Positions 1 through 12,750 of a stretch of DNA of 64,000 bases are shown in pieces. The notes beneath the pieces were generated by a model that worked only from the letters and a program-made list of their open reading frames with translations, was not told the origin of the DNA and did not search any database. Numbering within the stretch: the first letter of the stretch is position 1; each line of letters begins with the position of its first letter. A program made the translations under genes and the position numbers. Origin of the DNA: Mobula hypostoma (taxonomy: Eukaryota); the NCBI RefSeq assembly GCF_963921235.1, contig NC_086097.1, positions 40,054,001 through 40,118,000 on the forward strand, in the 5' to 3' direction.

Positions 1-619
1 AATTATCTATCTTAAGTCAAATGAAATGACCTTATTCAATGCTATTGAGGACTTTCAAATACATTGCAACTTTCACAATCTCAAGACATTCCAAATTCCT
101 TTACAGAAAAAAAAGTAATATTTCCAAATTTTTATCATGGCTTTAACAAAGCAAACATTAATACAGATTATAATATGTCAAGGCTAAATAAACACTTCAT
201 ATAGAAAGTATAAAGGAAGATTTTTACATTAAATAGTCCAGATTCCTTGAGAAGTTAGAAATTTACTACATTCTGTCATTTCTGTATGTTTTTAAGGTAA
301 AAAAAAATACCAAAACAGTAATGCTACCTTTATTCAATAACTCAAAGTTTTATTGATCTGTCAGAAAACTTACAGATAAATGATCAATTTCAGGGCTTCA
401 TTTTAACCCTGCAATTTGTTTGTCTTCCCAACCTGTAATAGGTTTGGGACCACCTTGAGAACCAAATCTCGCTTAATAATACATTTGTTAGCTGCCCATC
501 TGAATAGGTGCCTGCATACTGCTGTTATAAAAATGACAATGGGAGAAGTGTGTTCATTCATTATCCAATTCCCAATTTTACAGACAATTTTAATTGGTCC
601 CCTGAGTTTTCAATAGAAA

Positions 620-1839
620 TTATAAGAACATAAGACCATAAAACACAGAAGCAGAATTAGGCCACTCGGCCCATTGAATCTGCTCCACCATTCCATTGTG
701 GCTGTACCTTTGTACCTTTCAATCCCGTACTCCTTCCTTCTCCCTGTAACCTTTGACACCCTGACTAATCAAGGGCCTATCAACCCCTGCTTTAAATGTA
801 CCTAATGACTTGGCCTCCACAGCCATTTCTGGCAATGAATTCCACAGGTTCACTACCCTCTGGCTAAAGAAATTCCTTCTCATCTCTGTTCTAAATGGAC
901 GTCCCTTTATTCTGAGACTGTGCCCTCTGGTTCTAGACTTACCCACTATAAGAAACATTCCTTTTCCATCCACTCTCTCTATAGACCTTTCAATATTTGA
1001 TAGGTTTCAATAAGATTTCCCCCCCCCCCCTGCCATTTTTCTAAACCCCTGCAAGCACAGGGGACAGAGGATTCAAACACACCTCATTCATTAACTCTTT
1101 CAATCTTAGAATCATTCTTGTAAACCTCCTCTGGACCCTCTTCAATGCCAGGACATCTCTTCTTAGATAAGAGGCCCAAAATTGCTCACAATACTGTAAG
1201 TGTGGTCTGACTGATACCTTATTAAGCCTCAGCATTACATTCTTGTTCTTATATTCTAGTCCTCTCAAAATGAATGCTAACATTGCATTTGCCTTGCTTA
1301 CCACCAATTCAACCTGCAAGTTAACTTATAGGGAATACCGCACAAGAATTCCCAAGTCTGTTTTCACCTCTGATCTCGAATGTCCTCCCCATTTAGAATA
1401 TAGTCTACACCTTTCTTCCTTCTGAGTGACCATGCACTTCACTACACTACATTCTAACTGCCACTTTGTGCATTTTCACAATCTGCAGATTCCCTGCATC
1501 CTCAGCACTACCTGCCCCTCCATCCATCTTCATTTTGTAAGTAAACTTGACCACAAAGCCATCAATTCTGTCATCCAAATCATTGATATATAGCTGTGAA
1601 AAGAAGCAGTTCCAACAGTGATCCCTGTGGAACACAACTTCTCACCGGTATCCAACCAGAAAAGGCTCCCTTTTATTCCCGCTCTTCCTGCTAGTCAGCC
1701 AATCTCCTATCTATGCTTGTATCTTTCCTGTAATACCATGGGCTCTTATCTTGTTAAGCAGCCTCATGCGTGACACATTGTCAAAGGTCTTCTGAAAGTC
1801 AAAGTAAACAAAATTCACTGACTCTCCTTCATCTATCCT
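620..1839 (-). mobile_element. Old CR1-clade LINE, 3' part (RT C-terminus and tail)
   Basis: Broken ORFs 719..973, 1041..1319 and 1447..1635 carry CR1 motifs (RPHLQYCEQFW, RGHSLRIKG, NFFSQRVVNLWNSLP); (CATAAGA)-type tail at ~620-640. Confidence 0.9.
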
Positions 1840-3960
1840 ATAGAACCATAGAACCATAGAAACTACAGCACAGAAACAGGCCCTTTGGCCCTTCTTGGCT
1901 GTGCCGAACCACTTTCTGCCTGGTTCCACTGACCTGCACACGGACCATATCCCTCCATACACCTCCCATCCATGTATCTGTCCAATTTATTCTTAAATGT
2001 TAAAAAAGAACCCGCATTTACCACCTCGTCTGGCAGCTCATTCCATACTCCCACCACTCTCTGTGTGAAGAAGCCCCCCCTAATGTTCCCTTTAAACTTT
2101 TCCCCCCTCACCCTTAACCCATGTTCTCTGGTTTTTTTCTCCCTTTGCCTCAGTGGAAAAAGCCTGCTTGCATTCACTCTATCTATACCCATCATAATTT
2201 TATATACCTCTATCAAATCTCCCCTCATTCTTCTACGCTCCAGGGAATAAAGTCCTAACCTATTCAACCTTTCTCTGTAACTGAGTTTCTCAAGTCCCGG
2301 CAACATCCTTGTAAAGCTTCTCTGCACTCTCTCAACCTTATTTATATCCTTCCTGTAATTTGGTGACCAAAACTGAACACAATACTCCAGATTCGGCCTC
2401 ACCAATGCCTTATACAACCTCATCATAACATTCCAGCTCTTATACTCAATACTTCGATTAATAAAGGCCAATGTACCAAAAGCTCTCTTTACGACCCTAT
2501 CTACCTGTGACGACAGTTTTAGGGAATTTTGTATCTGTATTCCCAGATCCCTCTGTTCCACTGCACTCCTCAGTGCCTTACCATTAACCCTGTATGTTCT
2601 ATGTTGGTTTGTCCTTCCAACGTGCAATACCTCACACTTGTCAGTATTAAACTCCATCTGCCATTTTTCAGCCCATTTTTCCAGCTGGTCCAAGTCCCTC
2701 TGCAGGCTCTGAAAACCTTCCTCACTGTCTACTACACCTCCAATCTTTGTATCATCAGCAAACTTGCTGATCCAATTTACCACATTATCATCCAGATCAT
2801 TGATATAGATGACAAATAACAATGGACCCAGCACTGATCCCTGTGGCACGCCACTAGTCACAGGCCTCCACTCAGGGAAGCAATTCTCTACCACCACTCT
2901 CTGGCTTCTTCCATCGAGCCAATGTCTAATCCAATTTACTACCTCTCCATGTATACCTAGCGACTGAATTTTCCTAACTAACCTCCTATGCGGGATGCGG
3001 GACCTTGTCAAAGGCCTTACTGAAGTCCATGTAGACAATATCCACTGCCTTCCCTTCATCCACTTTCCGGGTAACCTCCTCGAAAAACTCCAACAGATTG
3101 GTCAAACGTGACCTACCACGCACAAAGCCATGTTGACTCTCCCTAATAAGTCCCAGTCTATCCAAATGCTTGTAGATTCTGTCTCTTAGTACTCCCTCCA
3201 ATAACTTACCTACTACTGACGTTAAACTCACCGGCCTATAATTTCCCGGATTACTTTTCGATCCTTTTTTAAACAACGGAACAACATGAGCCACTCTCCA
3301 ATCCTCCGGCATTTCACCTGTAGACAGCGACATTTTAAATATTTCTGCCAGGGCCCCCGCAATTTCAACACTAGTCTCCTTCAAGGTCCGAGGGAACACT
3401 CTGTCAGGTCCCAGGGATTTATCCACTTTAATTTTCCTCAAGACAGCAAGCACCTCCTCCTTTTCAATCTGTACAGTTTCCATGGTCTCACTACTTGATT
3501 CCCTCAATTCCATAGATTTCATGCCAGCTTCCTTAGTAAATACAGATGCAAAAAACCTATTTAAGATCTTCCCCATTTCCTTTGGTTCCGCACAAAGCCG
3601 ACCACTCTGATCTTCAAGAGGACCAATTTTATCCCTTACAATCCTTTTGCTCTTAATATACCTGTAAAAGCTCTTTGGATTATCCTTCACTTTGACTGCC
3701 AAGGCAACCACATGTCTTCTTTTTGCCCTCCTGATTTCTTTCTTAAGTATTTTCTTGCACTTTTTATACTCCTCAAGCACCTGATTTACCCCCTGTTTCC
3801 TATACATTTCATACAACTCCCTCTTCTTCTTTATCAGAGTTGCAATATCCCTTGAGAACCAAGGTTCCTTATTCCTATTCAATTTGCCTTTAATCCTGAC
3901 AGGAACATACAAACTCTGCACTCTCAAAATTTCCCCTTTGAAGGCTTCCCACCTACCAAT
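1840..3960 (-). mobile_element. Young 5'-truncated CR1-clade LINE nested in the older CR1
   Basis: (ATAGAACC)n tail at 1840-1862; ORFs 2986..3927 and 1863..3059 give an almost continuous RT (NYRPVSLTS, DFSKAFDKV, GVPQGSVLGP, FADD); host CR1 resumes at ~3961. Confidence 0.95.
1863..3927 (-). pseudogene. CR1 ORF2 reverse transcriptase region with one frameshift
   Basis: Two ORFs join as DKVPH-RRLVRK once the ATGCGGG duplication at 2988-3001 is collapsed. Confidence 0.9.
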
Positions 3961-5115
3961 CTGTTATTTTCTCAAAGAATTCCAACAAATTTGTCAGGCA
4001 AGATTTCCCCTTATTTGCAATTGTCAAGATCTCTTGAACCATTTCAGAATCTAGTGATTCTTTAAAGATTATTATTAACGCCTCCACAATCTCTTCATCT
4101 ACCTCCTTCAGACTGCTGGGTGAGGTCCATCTGGTCCAGGAGACCTATCTACCTTCAGACCTTTCAGCTTCCAAAACGACCTCTCCTTATAAATAGCAAC
4201 TTTACTCACTTCTTTCCCCTAACAATCTCAAATTTCTGCAATACTGCTAGTGTCTTTTACAATGAAAACTGACACAAAATAGTTATTTAGTTTGTCTGCC
4301 ATTTCTTTGTCCCCTAACACTATCTCTCTAGTTTCATTTTCCAGTAGTCCAGTATCCAATCTCACTTCTCTTTTACTCTCTCTATGGCTGACAAAACTTT
4401 TGGTATCCCCTTTTGTATTATTATCTAGCATACCTTCATATTCCATCTTTTCTCTCCTCATGGCTATTTTAATTTCCTTCTGTTAGTTCTTAAAAACTTC
4501 CCAATTCTCTAACTTCCAACTAATTTTTGCTATATTTTATACTCTCCTTTTTGTTTTTCTGCTTTCTTTGACTCCCTTTGTCAGCCATGGTTGCCTCGTC
4601 CTCTCTTTATAATACTTCTTCATCTTTGGGATGTTTTATAATCACTGGCCCATAAGGGTTTCTTTAACATAAGCCCCCTAATCAAATCTGGTTCATTCAC
4701 AACACCCAATCCAGCATTGCCTTTCCATGAGGTGCTCTAAAAAGCCATCTCGTAGATATTCAACAACTTCCACCTCTTGGGGACCAGCACCAACTTGCTT
4801 TTCCAATCAACCTGCATATTAAAATCCCCCTTGACTATCATAACGTTGCCTTTATGACATGCCTTTTCTATTTCCCATTGATATTTATATCTCATACCCT
4901 GGCTACTGTTTAGAGGCCTCTATATAACTCATAGAAGGGTCTTTATACCTTCGCAGTTCTTTAATTCTACCCACAATGATTCTACATCTTCTGATCCTAT
5001 GTCACCTCTTTCTAAGGATTTGACTTTATATTTTACCAACAGAGCCACACCACTCCCTCTGTCTACCTGCCTGTCATTTCCTTTCTATATATATCCTTGG
5101 ATGTGAGGCTCCCAC
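3961..5115 (-). mobile_element. Continuation of the old CR1 (ORF2 linker and APE endonuclease region, with deletions)
   Basis: ORF 4228..4461 (EMADKLNNYFVSVF); colinear similarity with the CR1 copy at ~30750-33180. Confidence 0.85.
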
Positions 5116-6533
5116 TGTCTTCATTGTGAGAAAAAATTGCCGTGGTATTTCAGTCATAATAATTGTTTGCATGATTGAAAGGGAAGTGCATCAAACCATA
5201 ACTGACCAGGGAGAATGGGAGAGCACCAAGAGAGTGCAGCAGCCATTTCAGTCATTAACCCTCTGCAGGGCATCACACCCTGGGCTTCACACGTGACTGA
5301 GCTTGGGTGGGGTCATCATTTGGTGAAAGGATTGAGGCGATGGATTGGATGTGGGCCACGGTATTTCACATAGGGATATTGTGGGGATTGGTGAAGGAAG
5401 GAAGATCTGAGTACTGGTGTTAGTGAGTGGGATGGAAAACTGACTGTGTGTGCAGGGATCGTTGGGTGCGGCAAATAGCCAGCTGTTGGTGTGGGTGGAG
5501 ATCACTGGGTGAGATGGAAATCAATTGTTATTATGGGTGGGGATTGACTGGGGGAGAGAAGTGGTGTGTGAAGGCCTAACTGCTGTTATGGGTAGCGATT
5601 GGCTTCACAATTCCAGCGGGATATGAGCTGGAGATCAATGAAGGTTGGGGACTAGTCAGAGAGTCTTATCAACCCTCCACCTCGATGCCAACCAATAGGC
5701 TTGCATCAGTTTTAATCTCACCTTCCAACACTTGAACTGTCAACCTCAGTTCATTGCTCATCTGGATTCCTTCTAAATGCTGTCAGTGACTCTGCCTCCT
5801 CCACTTTCTCCAGAAGAGCTCCCTGTCATTTCTGTCTAGAGGGATGTTGTCTGTGAGGAGGATGGCTGGTAAATCACTTACCTGCAGGTATATAATCCAG
5901 CTCAGGGCATTTAAGACCACATTGTCTGAAGATGTCCCAGAAATACGATGTCCAAGACCCCAAGTAAAAGCTCTGAATTTGTGCTCTTGGGATATGACAT
6001 TAACAGATGTACCCACACATAGAAACTGACTGAGTCATAAGATTAATTTCTACTGGGAGGTAGCCAATCAAATTTTCAGAATAATGTGAGATACTCTGAA
6101 GTGTTACCATGTTTCACTCTGCCGAATTTGCATAACATCGTTAAAACATTAGTCAACAAAATTTCTAGGCAATAATGTTTTTCAAGAAGATTTTGGGAAC
6201 TGAAAGCATTCTGGTGTTTTGGTATAGACCAAATTCCAGCTTTCTATTCATAACTTGTCCTTTCAGTAGTTTGTATTAGATCTCGGACATTCTTGATGGC
6301 AGTAGGTAGGTGTGTATCCTGCAATGTATCAAATTTTCTCTCATAAACACTAAATCTCACAGCACAGTTCATTAGACAAGCTTCTACATTTGATAAGAAT
6401 GCTGAAGATGGGTTTTATTGCTGTCATATTTCACACAACTGAGTTCATTATCTAAATGGGTAGAGATCACATTTTTCAGACGCTTCTCTGGAAATATTCA
6501 ATTTCCAAAGCTGTCTTTCCTATTTTTAAAAGT

Positions 6534-7073
6534 CAAAAAGTCAAGTTTCTTCTTCATTACATTAATTGTTTCTTCGATTTTCCCCATCTTAAGCTCACTT
6601 TGTTGCGCGAATTTTTGAAGATCAGATATAGCCGACTGATGTTCCGCAATACATGTTTGCATCTTATCAATTAAAGCGGCAATTTTCTGGAAATTAGTTG
6701 AGATTTCCGTATGAATCAGGTCTTTAACAGGGCCTGCAATTTCCGTACGAATCATCTCCCTAACAGAGGTTGAGATTTCCCTCTGAATTAACTCCGATAT
6801 CGCTTTCAAAGTCACCGGTGATTCAGTCGGGGGGAGATCCGTAGCTTTCGGTTTAACCGGAGGTTTACCATCCTTGCCGTCTTTCTCGTTCTTAGACATA
6901 GCAGATCTAAGTTCCATCCAGTTGTCGGAGAATTCAGTTTAATTCAAAGTATTATAAGAGTTGATGCCTTAATGGTTAATTAAAGTATAGCTGACCATAG
7001 AGAAAAAAAAACTCAGAGGTAATGGAGCGAGTCAAGAACGCGACTTCACTCCATGAGCGCTACCGGAAGTCTC
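6534..7073 (-). mobile_element. L1-clade LINE, 5'UTR plus ORF1 N-terminal coiled coil only
   Basis: Starts GAGACTTCCGGT; ORF 6498..6917 is heptad-rich and ORF1p-like; flanked by direct repeat CTTTCCTATTTTTAAAAGT at 6515-6533 and 7074-7092. Confidence 0.75.
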
Positions 7074-7312
7074 CTTTCCTATTTTTAAAAGTTTGTTCTG
7101 GTTTAATCAGGGCACAAAAAAAAACTCATAAAATCTTTGTCACAACAAATGGTTTCATGAACTCCAAAGTGGTAACGCTTGGTTACGGTCTGCTTTATGC
7201 TCAAAGACCATCTGTGTATCTGTGTATCTGAATTGTGAGGTCAAAAAACAGTTGAGTAGTGGGCCTTGTGCTTCATATACATGCGCCCGCAGCTTGCAGC
7301 TTTGTGGGTTCC

Positions 7313-7525
7313 TGTTATGCCTGTGGCACTGGGAAGCTGGACGGCTTTGAATAACACACATGAGAGACAAAGGAGTGAGGAACAAATAAGTGCGCTGTTT
7401 ATTTTACAAGCAAGTCTTCTTCCCAGAATGCTCTCTCACATTACATCATTAAGGTCAGTACATAACACACACAGGGAAGTTTGGCAGCAACCCATAAGGG
7501 TCAAAATATATATGAATACATAACA
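7313..7525 (-). repeat. Gypsy 3' LTR
   Basis: TGTTATG...CATAACA inverted ends; adjoining polypurine tract on minus strand (GAGGAGGAGAGAAA) at 7526-7540. Confidence 0.65.
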
Positions 7526-10075
7526 TTTCTCTCCTCCTCATTTTAAACGTTTCTCCCCCTTCCAAAACGCAGACCAGCTGCTGAACTATTAACATTAAAT
7601 GGAATAATCATCAAATTTATCCAAAAACAAAAAAAAACATTGTTTTTTTTCTAAACTGGGGAAAGGGAATAGACTGCCTCTATTCCTATAGATGACCTTG
7701 GGGATTATTCTGCTCCACGTGCTGAGGGTTCATCACTAAACTAGAGATTCAATCTGTTTGGAGGCCACCTACTCCTGTGAGCGTACTGCAACCTAAAGAT
7801 GATGCCAACATCATTTTATCCCTTGGCATAGATCTTGGCTGGGATACTGCATTCTCAGTAAGGGGGCACCTCAGAAAGCACAGGTGATGGGGATGAATGG
7901 CATTGCTGATTACGGACTGGCATGTGATGGTTCGGACTGTCATGCAGACACCCCGCCCCCCCAATGAGGGTTCAGGCAGGGCTGCTTCCTGGGGAACTTC
8001 TTGCTCAGTTTCTCATGAAGGAACAGTAGGTATCATTGCTTTGGCAGCACCATTGAATTCTACATCTTCTTTGTCCATTTTGGATCCTCTAATAGCACTT
8101 CATCAACAAAGCCTGTCAGTTCTATTGTTTCTGATTGACAAGAGGGACCAGCAGAAACCATTCTCATTCCCTTTCAGTATAGGAATCACCTCACCTCAGC
8201 TCACCAAAAATGCAGTTGGCATTTCAAACTCTTTCCTAAAGCACTTTTCCTTATAGCCGCATTTCCTTCCTTCTCCATCATCTCTGTCATGCAAGTCAAT
8301 GGCTCTTGATGCACAGGTTTCCAGTTCTCCACTGGCAACCGAACCATGAATATTTTTATTCTCTTTATTTTTGTGTAATGCGCAGTAAGGTTTCACTGCT
8401 ATTGCAATGGCCTCTCTGTAATGTTCACTGCTAATTCAATGGTTTCTCTGTAGCAGCAATGTTTGGGTTATGACTAGAGATAACGGGGGCTTTGGAATGT
8501 GTGCCATCCAATGTTATTCTTTCTTGTGGGTCTGAGAGAAGGGAGATCGCGGTCTTTTGTTCAGTGGAAGATGGGGAGAGAAGATGCCAGAACAGAGAAG
8601 ACATAGACTGCAGGACAGAGTGGACTTGGAATGGGGATGGGTATTGACACCCAGGGAGAAAATTGATGAAGAACGAACAGACAGGAAAACCATGAGCTCC
8701 AACATTTCATTTCTTCACTAACCCTCTAGTCAAATTAAGAATTATAAAGCTCATATTGTGTATTGTCTGTTATTTTGTGGTACTGATTTGTAACAGGGGA
8801 ACACATCACGCAGCATCCACCCAAACAAGATTTCTCAAGTTTGGCTGGGCTGGAGGCCGTCTTTCCCTCTAGTAAGCTGTTAGCTGAACCTGAGGGTCAC
8901 AGTTGAATGGGCTTCCAGGTCATTGACTATTGGAGACATTTGTCACATGACAGCTACCACTAAGATTTTGGTGCTGAGGAATGAGTACAACATCAAGGTC
9001 TTCTTCCTTTATTCTCTCTTGCAGATCCGCAATTCTTCGCTTGAGAAATGCTCTCTCCAAATCTGAAGTATTCAGTGGCAAATTCCCAGATGCCTTCGCT
9101 GTTATATACTTCCAAAAAAACATGCTGGCTTCTTTGATTTTTAGTGGCTTTTCTTTAGAATATCTAGGTGATTTCTTCATGCCAAATGTTTTAATTGTAT
9201 GATTTCTGATCTTTTTCTTCAATCCATTCTTTTTTATCCATGTCACCACTGAGGCTCAGCAGCTGCCTCTGCCACTCCACGAAGAACCCAGGCTTAATAG
9301 TGATTCCTTTCACCCTGCCCAGTTCTCCATTCTGCGTGCTTCTTCAATACCTCTCGTGGAGTAGTTCTCCCACCAATCCAGTGCACTTTGTGCCACTTGA
9401 GTTTGGGCTGCTCCAACCACAAGCATCCTAGAAGAGCTGGATAATCACCTTTAACAATGTACAGTGGAAGTTTCTTCCTCTGTTCATTAATCTTCACTGT
9501 AAAACGTACTACTCCCCTCACTGGAACAACCTCACCAGTGTAAGTCTTCAAAGTCAACCTTGCCCCTTTTGGGGCGAGATGGCGCAATTTCTCCTTGTGA
9601 ACTGTCTCTGACACCAGCACTCGTGTCCACCTGCATCCGCACTGTGGCTCCATCCAACCAATAACCATCTTTGTGTCCTGAAACAGACAAAACATGCAAA
9701 ACTTCTTCAATCACAGAATGGGAGTCACTCAGTCCATCCTCAGTATGCTCCATCTTGTTCACATGTCTCTTTTTGTTTTCCCAAAAGTCAGTTTTCGTTT
9801 GGTTGATAGTGTCTATTTACTTTTACAGGTGTGTTCAATATGTCCCTTTTTGCCACAGTCTAAATCCTTATACCAGCATCCTCTTGCTGAATGCCACAAT
9901 GGTAACATTGATTGCCAATGGGTATTTTATTCTTAAAGTCAGTAGAAACTTTATGAACTTGGGAAGATGGGCTTAATAGCTGTGCTTCTTTAGCTGCCAT
10001 TACCATAGATATACCATTCTCAATTGCCTTCGGTAGTATTAGTCTGTCTTCTGTAAGGAACCATTTCTGAATTGC
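7526..10075 (-). mobile_element. Non-autonomous Ty3/Gypsy internal region: gag C-terminus, zinc knuckle, protease, then unrecognised sequence
   Basis: LLTEDRLILPKAIE (gag) ~10015-10060; CGKKGHIEHTC knuckle ~9825-9860; protease VRMQVDTSAG, LKTYTGE, YPALLG in ORFs 9532..9762 and 9294..9710. Confidence 0.75.
8374..8901 (+). repeat. Solo LTR inserted in the Gypsy derivative
   Basis: TGTAA...TCACA ends; 4-bp flanks TTTG/GTTG (one mismatch); its removal restores the flanking reading frame. Confidence 0.7.
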
Positions 10076-10087
10076 CTCACTACACTA

Positions 10088-10573
10088 CAATTTTAGAAAA
10101 CCTAGCACATTTATTTTTCAACATAGTCCCCTCCTACATTCACACACTTAGTCCAGCAGTCATGGAGCATATGGATCCCTTCTTTGTAGAAGTTGGCATC
10201 TTGGACCTCCAGAAAGTGGTCCATAGCAGGAGTGATTGATAAGTTAGTGGCCTAAGGTAGAAAAAGATGAGTTATTAACTTCAAAACTTTCTGCATAATC
10301 ACTCAAAGAGTTGAACTGCGCGTACATGTAATAAGAGCTGTATAACTCATCTCCTTCTACCTTAGGCCACAAACTTATCAATCACCCCTGCTGTGGACCA
10401 CTTTCTGGAGGTCCAAGACGTCGACTTCTACAAAGAAGGGATCTGTATGCTCCACAACTGCTGGACTAAGTGTGTAAGTGTAGGAGGGGACTATGCTGAA
10501 AAATAAATGTGCTAGGTTTTCTAAGATTGACTCCTTCTATCTTAGGCCATGAACTTATCAATCACCCACCGTA
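10088..10573. mobile_element. Palindromic mariner-derived non-autonomous element
   Basis: Arms ~10088-10277 and ~10342-10529 are reverse complements; mariner C-terminus FYKEGI..WTKCVSVGGDYAEK* at 10426-10506; TIR ends ...TCAATCACCCACCGTA. Confidence 0.85.
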
Positions 10574-10584
10574 GTTTACAGTAG

Positions 10585-10865
10585 AAGTTCAAAGGTCAAA
10601 GAAAATGTATTATCAAGCTGCATATATGTCACCATATACTACTCTGAGATTGACATTTGAGGGCATTCACAGTAATTTATAAAAAAAAACACAATAGAAT
10701 AAAGAACTACACAGCAAGATAGACTAAAAACCAATTTGCAAAACAAAAAAACCCTGCAAATACATGAGAAAATAAACAAAATAACAGTGACAATAAAAAA
10801 ATAAGCAATGAATACCTAAAACATGCTACGAAGAGACCTTGAAAGTGAGCCCATAGGTTGTGGAT
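10585..10865 (-). mobile_element. Rex1/Babar-type LINE 3' tail
   Basis: Same tail as 27000-27245, 55940-56130 and 57070-57350 (TTCAAAG..TATTATCAA..ATATGTCACC). Confidence 0.6.
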
Positions 10866-10867
10866 TT

Positions 10868-11110
10868 GCCTGTGAACCTCAGAGAAGCCGTAATCCTGAG
10901 CACCTATTCAAGAAGGTGGCAAACACAGCTGTGGCAGGAACTGAAATTTCTGTGTGTCCACCGCAGGGAAATTTATTGCCAGGATTATCCACCATAACTC
11001 TTCCCAGTGGCTGAAAAAGTGCTCCCTGAATCAGAGTCTTCAGTACATTCATTCAGAGGCACAGTGGACAGAGACTTCAGCATGTTATAAATCCAAGAGC
11101 AACGCCCCGT
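10868..11110 (+). mobile_element. Degraded RTE-clade LINE RT fragment
   Basis: STAGKFIARI..AEKVLPESES..RGTVD resembles the RTE RT N-terminal motifs. Confidence 0.6.
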
Positions 11111-11344
11111 GCTGCACCATCCACTATATATGGATGGCATCAATTTTATCAGGATCCCTGAAACAAGCATTCTGCTGCAAGGCCGAGATGTCAATGGATG
11201 AAATACCTTTTAAGCATTCTGTGGAAGCAGGACTTTGGCCTTTTATTGGACCTTCATTGTCCTCAATATGTACCCTCAAACAGCTGCTGAACATCATAAT
11301 ACATTTTCAGAACACATCAGACACCCTGTCACTAATAAGTTAAA

Positions 11345-12275
11345 ACAATAACAATGCAGAATAATGTGTAAAAGCTAGTGAGGAAGTGCAGGACAGGTAA
11401 ATGGTGATGAGCAAGATCATAATGAGGTAGGACGTGAGGCCAAGAGTCCCCCTTTTCAAACAAAAAGTCCATTCAAGATTCTGATAACAGTGGGACAGAA
11501 GCTGTCCTTGAGTCTGCTCATAATGTCTTCAATCTCTTGTATTTTCTGCCAGATTGGGGGTGGGGGTGGGGAAGAAGACAGAATGTCTGCAGTGGGTGGG
11601 CCTTTGATTATGCTGGGGGCTTTACTGAGGCAGTGAGAAATATAGACCAAGTGGAGGCTAGTTTCCGTGATGTTCTGAGCTGTGTCATAGAACATAGAAA
11701 CCTACAGCACCTTACAGGCCCTTCAGCCCGCAATGTTGTGTCAACCATGTAACCTACTCTAGAAACCACCTAGAATTTCCCTACTGCGTAGCCCTCTATG
11801 TTCCTAAGCTCCATGTACCTATCTAAGGGTCTCTTACAAGACCCCTTACTGTATCTGCCTCCAGCACTGTCACCTGCCGTGCATTCCACGCACCTGCCAC
11901 TATCTGCCGTTTTTTGCAGTCACGTGCAGAGCAGTTACCATGCCAAGCTGTTATAATCTAGATAGGATGCTTTCTATGATAGGGGTTGACAGGGCCATGC
12001 TAAATTTCTTCAGCCTCCTGAGGAAGCAGAGGTGCAGGTGAACTCTCCTAGCCGTGGCATCTATATGGTAGGACCAGGGCACTTTCGTTGACATTGGGGA
12101 AAAGTCGTTATCATAGCACCATGCCAGCTCATTGTTATTTGAAACATGGCATCATATGCAAACTCGTAGATGGAGTTAGAGCAGAATCTGACCATGCAGT
12201 AGTGAGCGTACAGGGAGTAGAGTTGGGGGCTGAGCATACAAACTTGTATTTAGAATAATCATGGTGGAGGATGTT
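11345..12275 (-). mobile_element. Degraded Rex1/Babar LINE interrupted by a CR1 3' tail (11687-11905)
   Basis: ORF 11456..11695 (SRLKDSFCPTVIRILN); CATAGAACATAGAAAC tail at 11687. Confidence 0.7.
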
Positions 12276-12750
12276 GTGAACGTGATCAAAGTCACTGGGA
12301 GACATTGAAGGTGATGCTAAAGAAGTTTTTATTATTCACAACAAGCAAGCATCATTGGAGATACTCTCAGCAGAGGCCTGCCTGACCCAATATTACATGA
12401 CATTTTTATATGCTAAAGGTCAAAGGCAATGTCAGGACAGTTCTATACTTACAATGTGTTACAATGTATTCACAATGCTGCCTTCCAATTACATATAATT
12501 TTCAAACTCCTAGACCTTCTCACCAACAGTCCAGACACCCAAGAAGAATGTTAATCACCACTGCCTCTGGGTGGCATTCATGCATATACAGACATCTCAA
12601 GTTAATGGGGTGTTTGTTGGTTTGCGTTCTAGCCCAGTCTGCAGCTGCAAGAACACCATTGTTCTGAGTTGCATTTTAAACTCAATCTACAATCTACATT
12701 CAGGTCTAAAGACTGGTTGCTGTTGAAATTAATATTTGGTCTCTTCCGAT

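Noticed and set aside
5783..6016. Minus-strand ORF with a perfect CAG|GTAAGT donor at 5882
   Set aside because: No clear acceptor and no recognisable protein; not called a coding exon.
12275..12700. Possible solo LTR
   Set aside because: Could not define both termini or a TSD.
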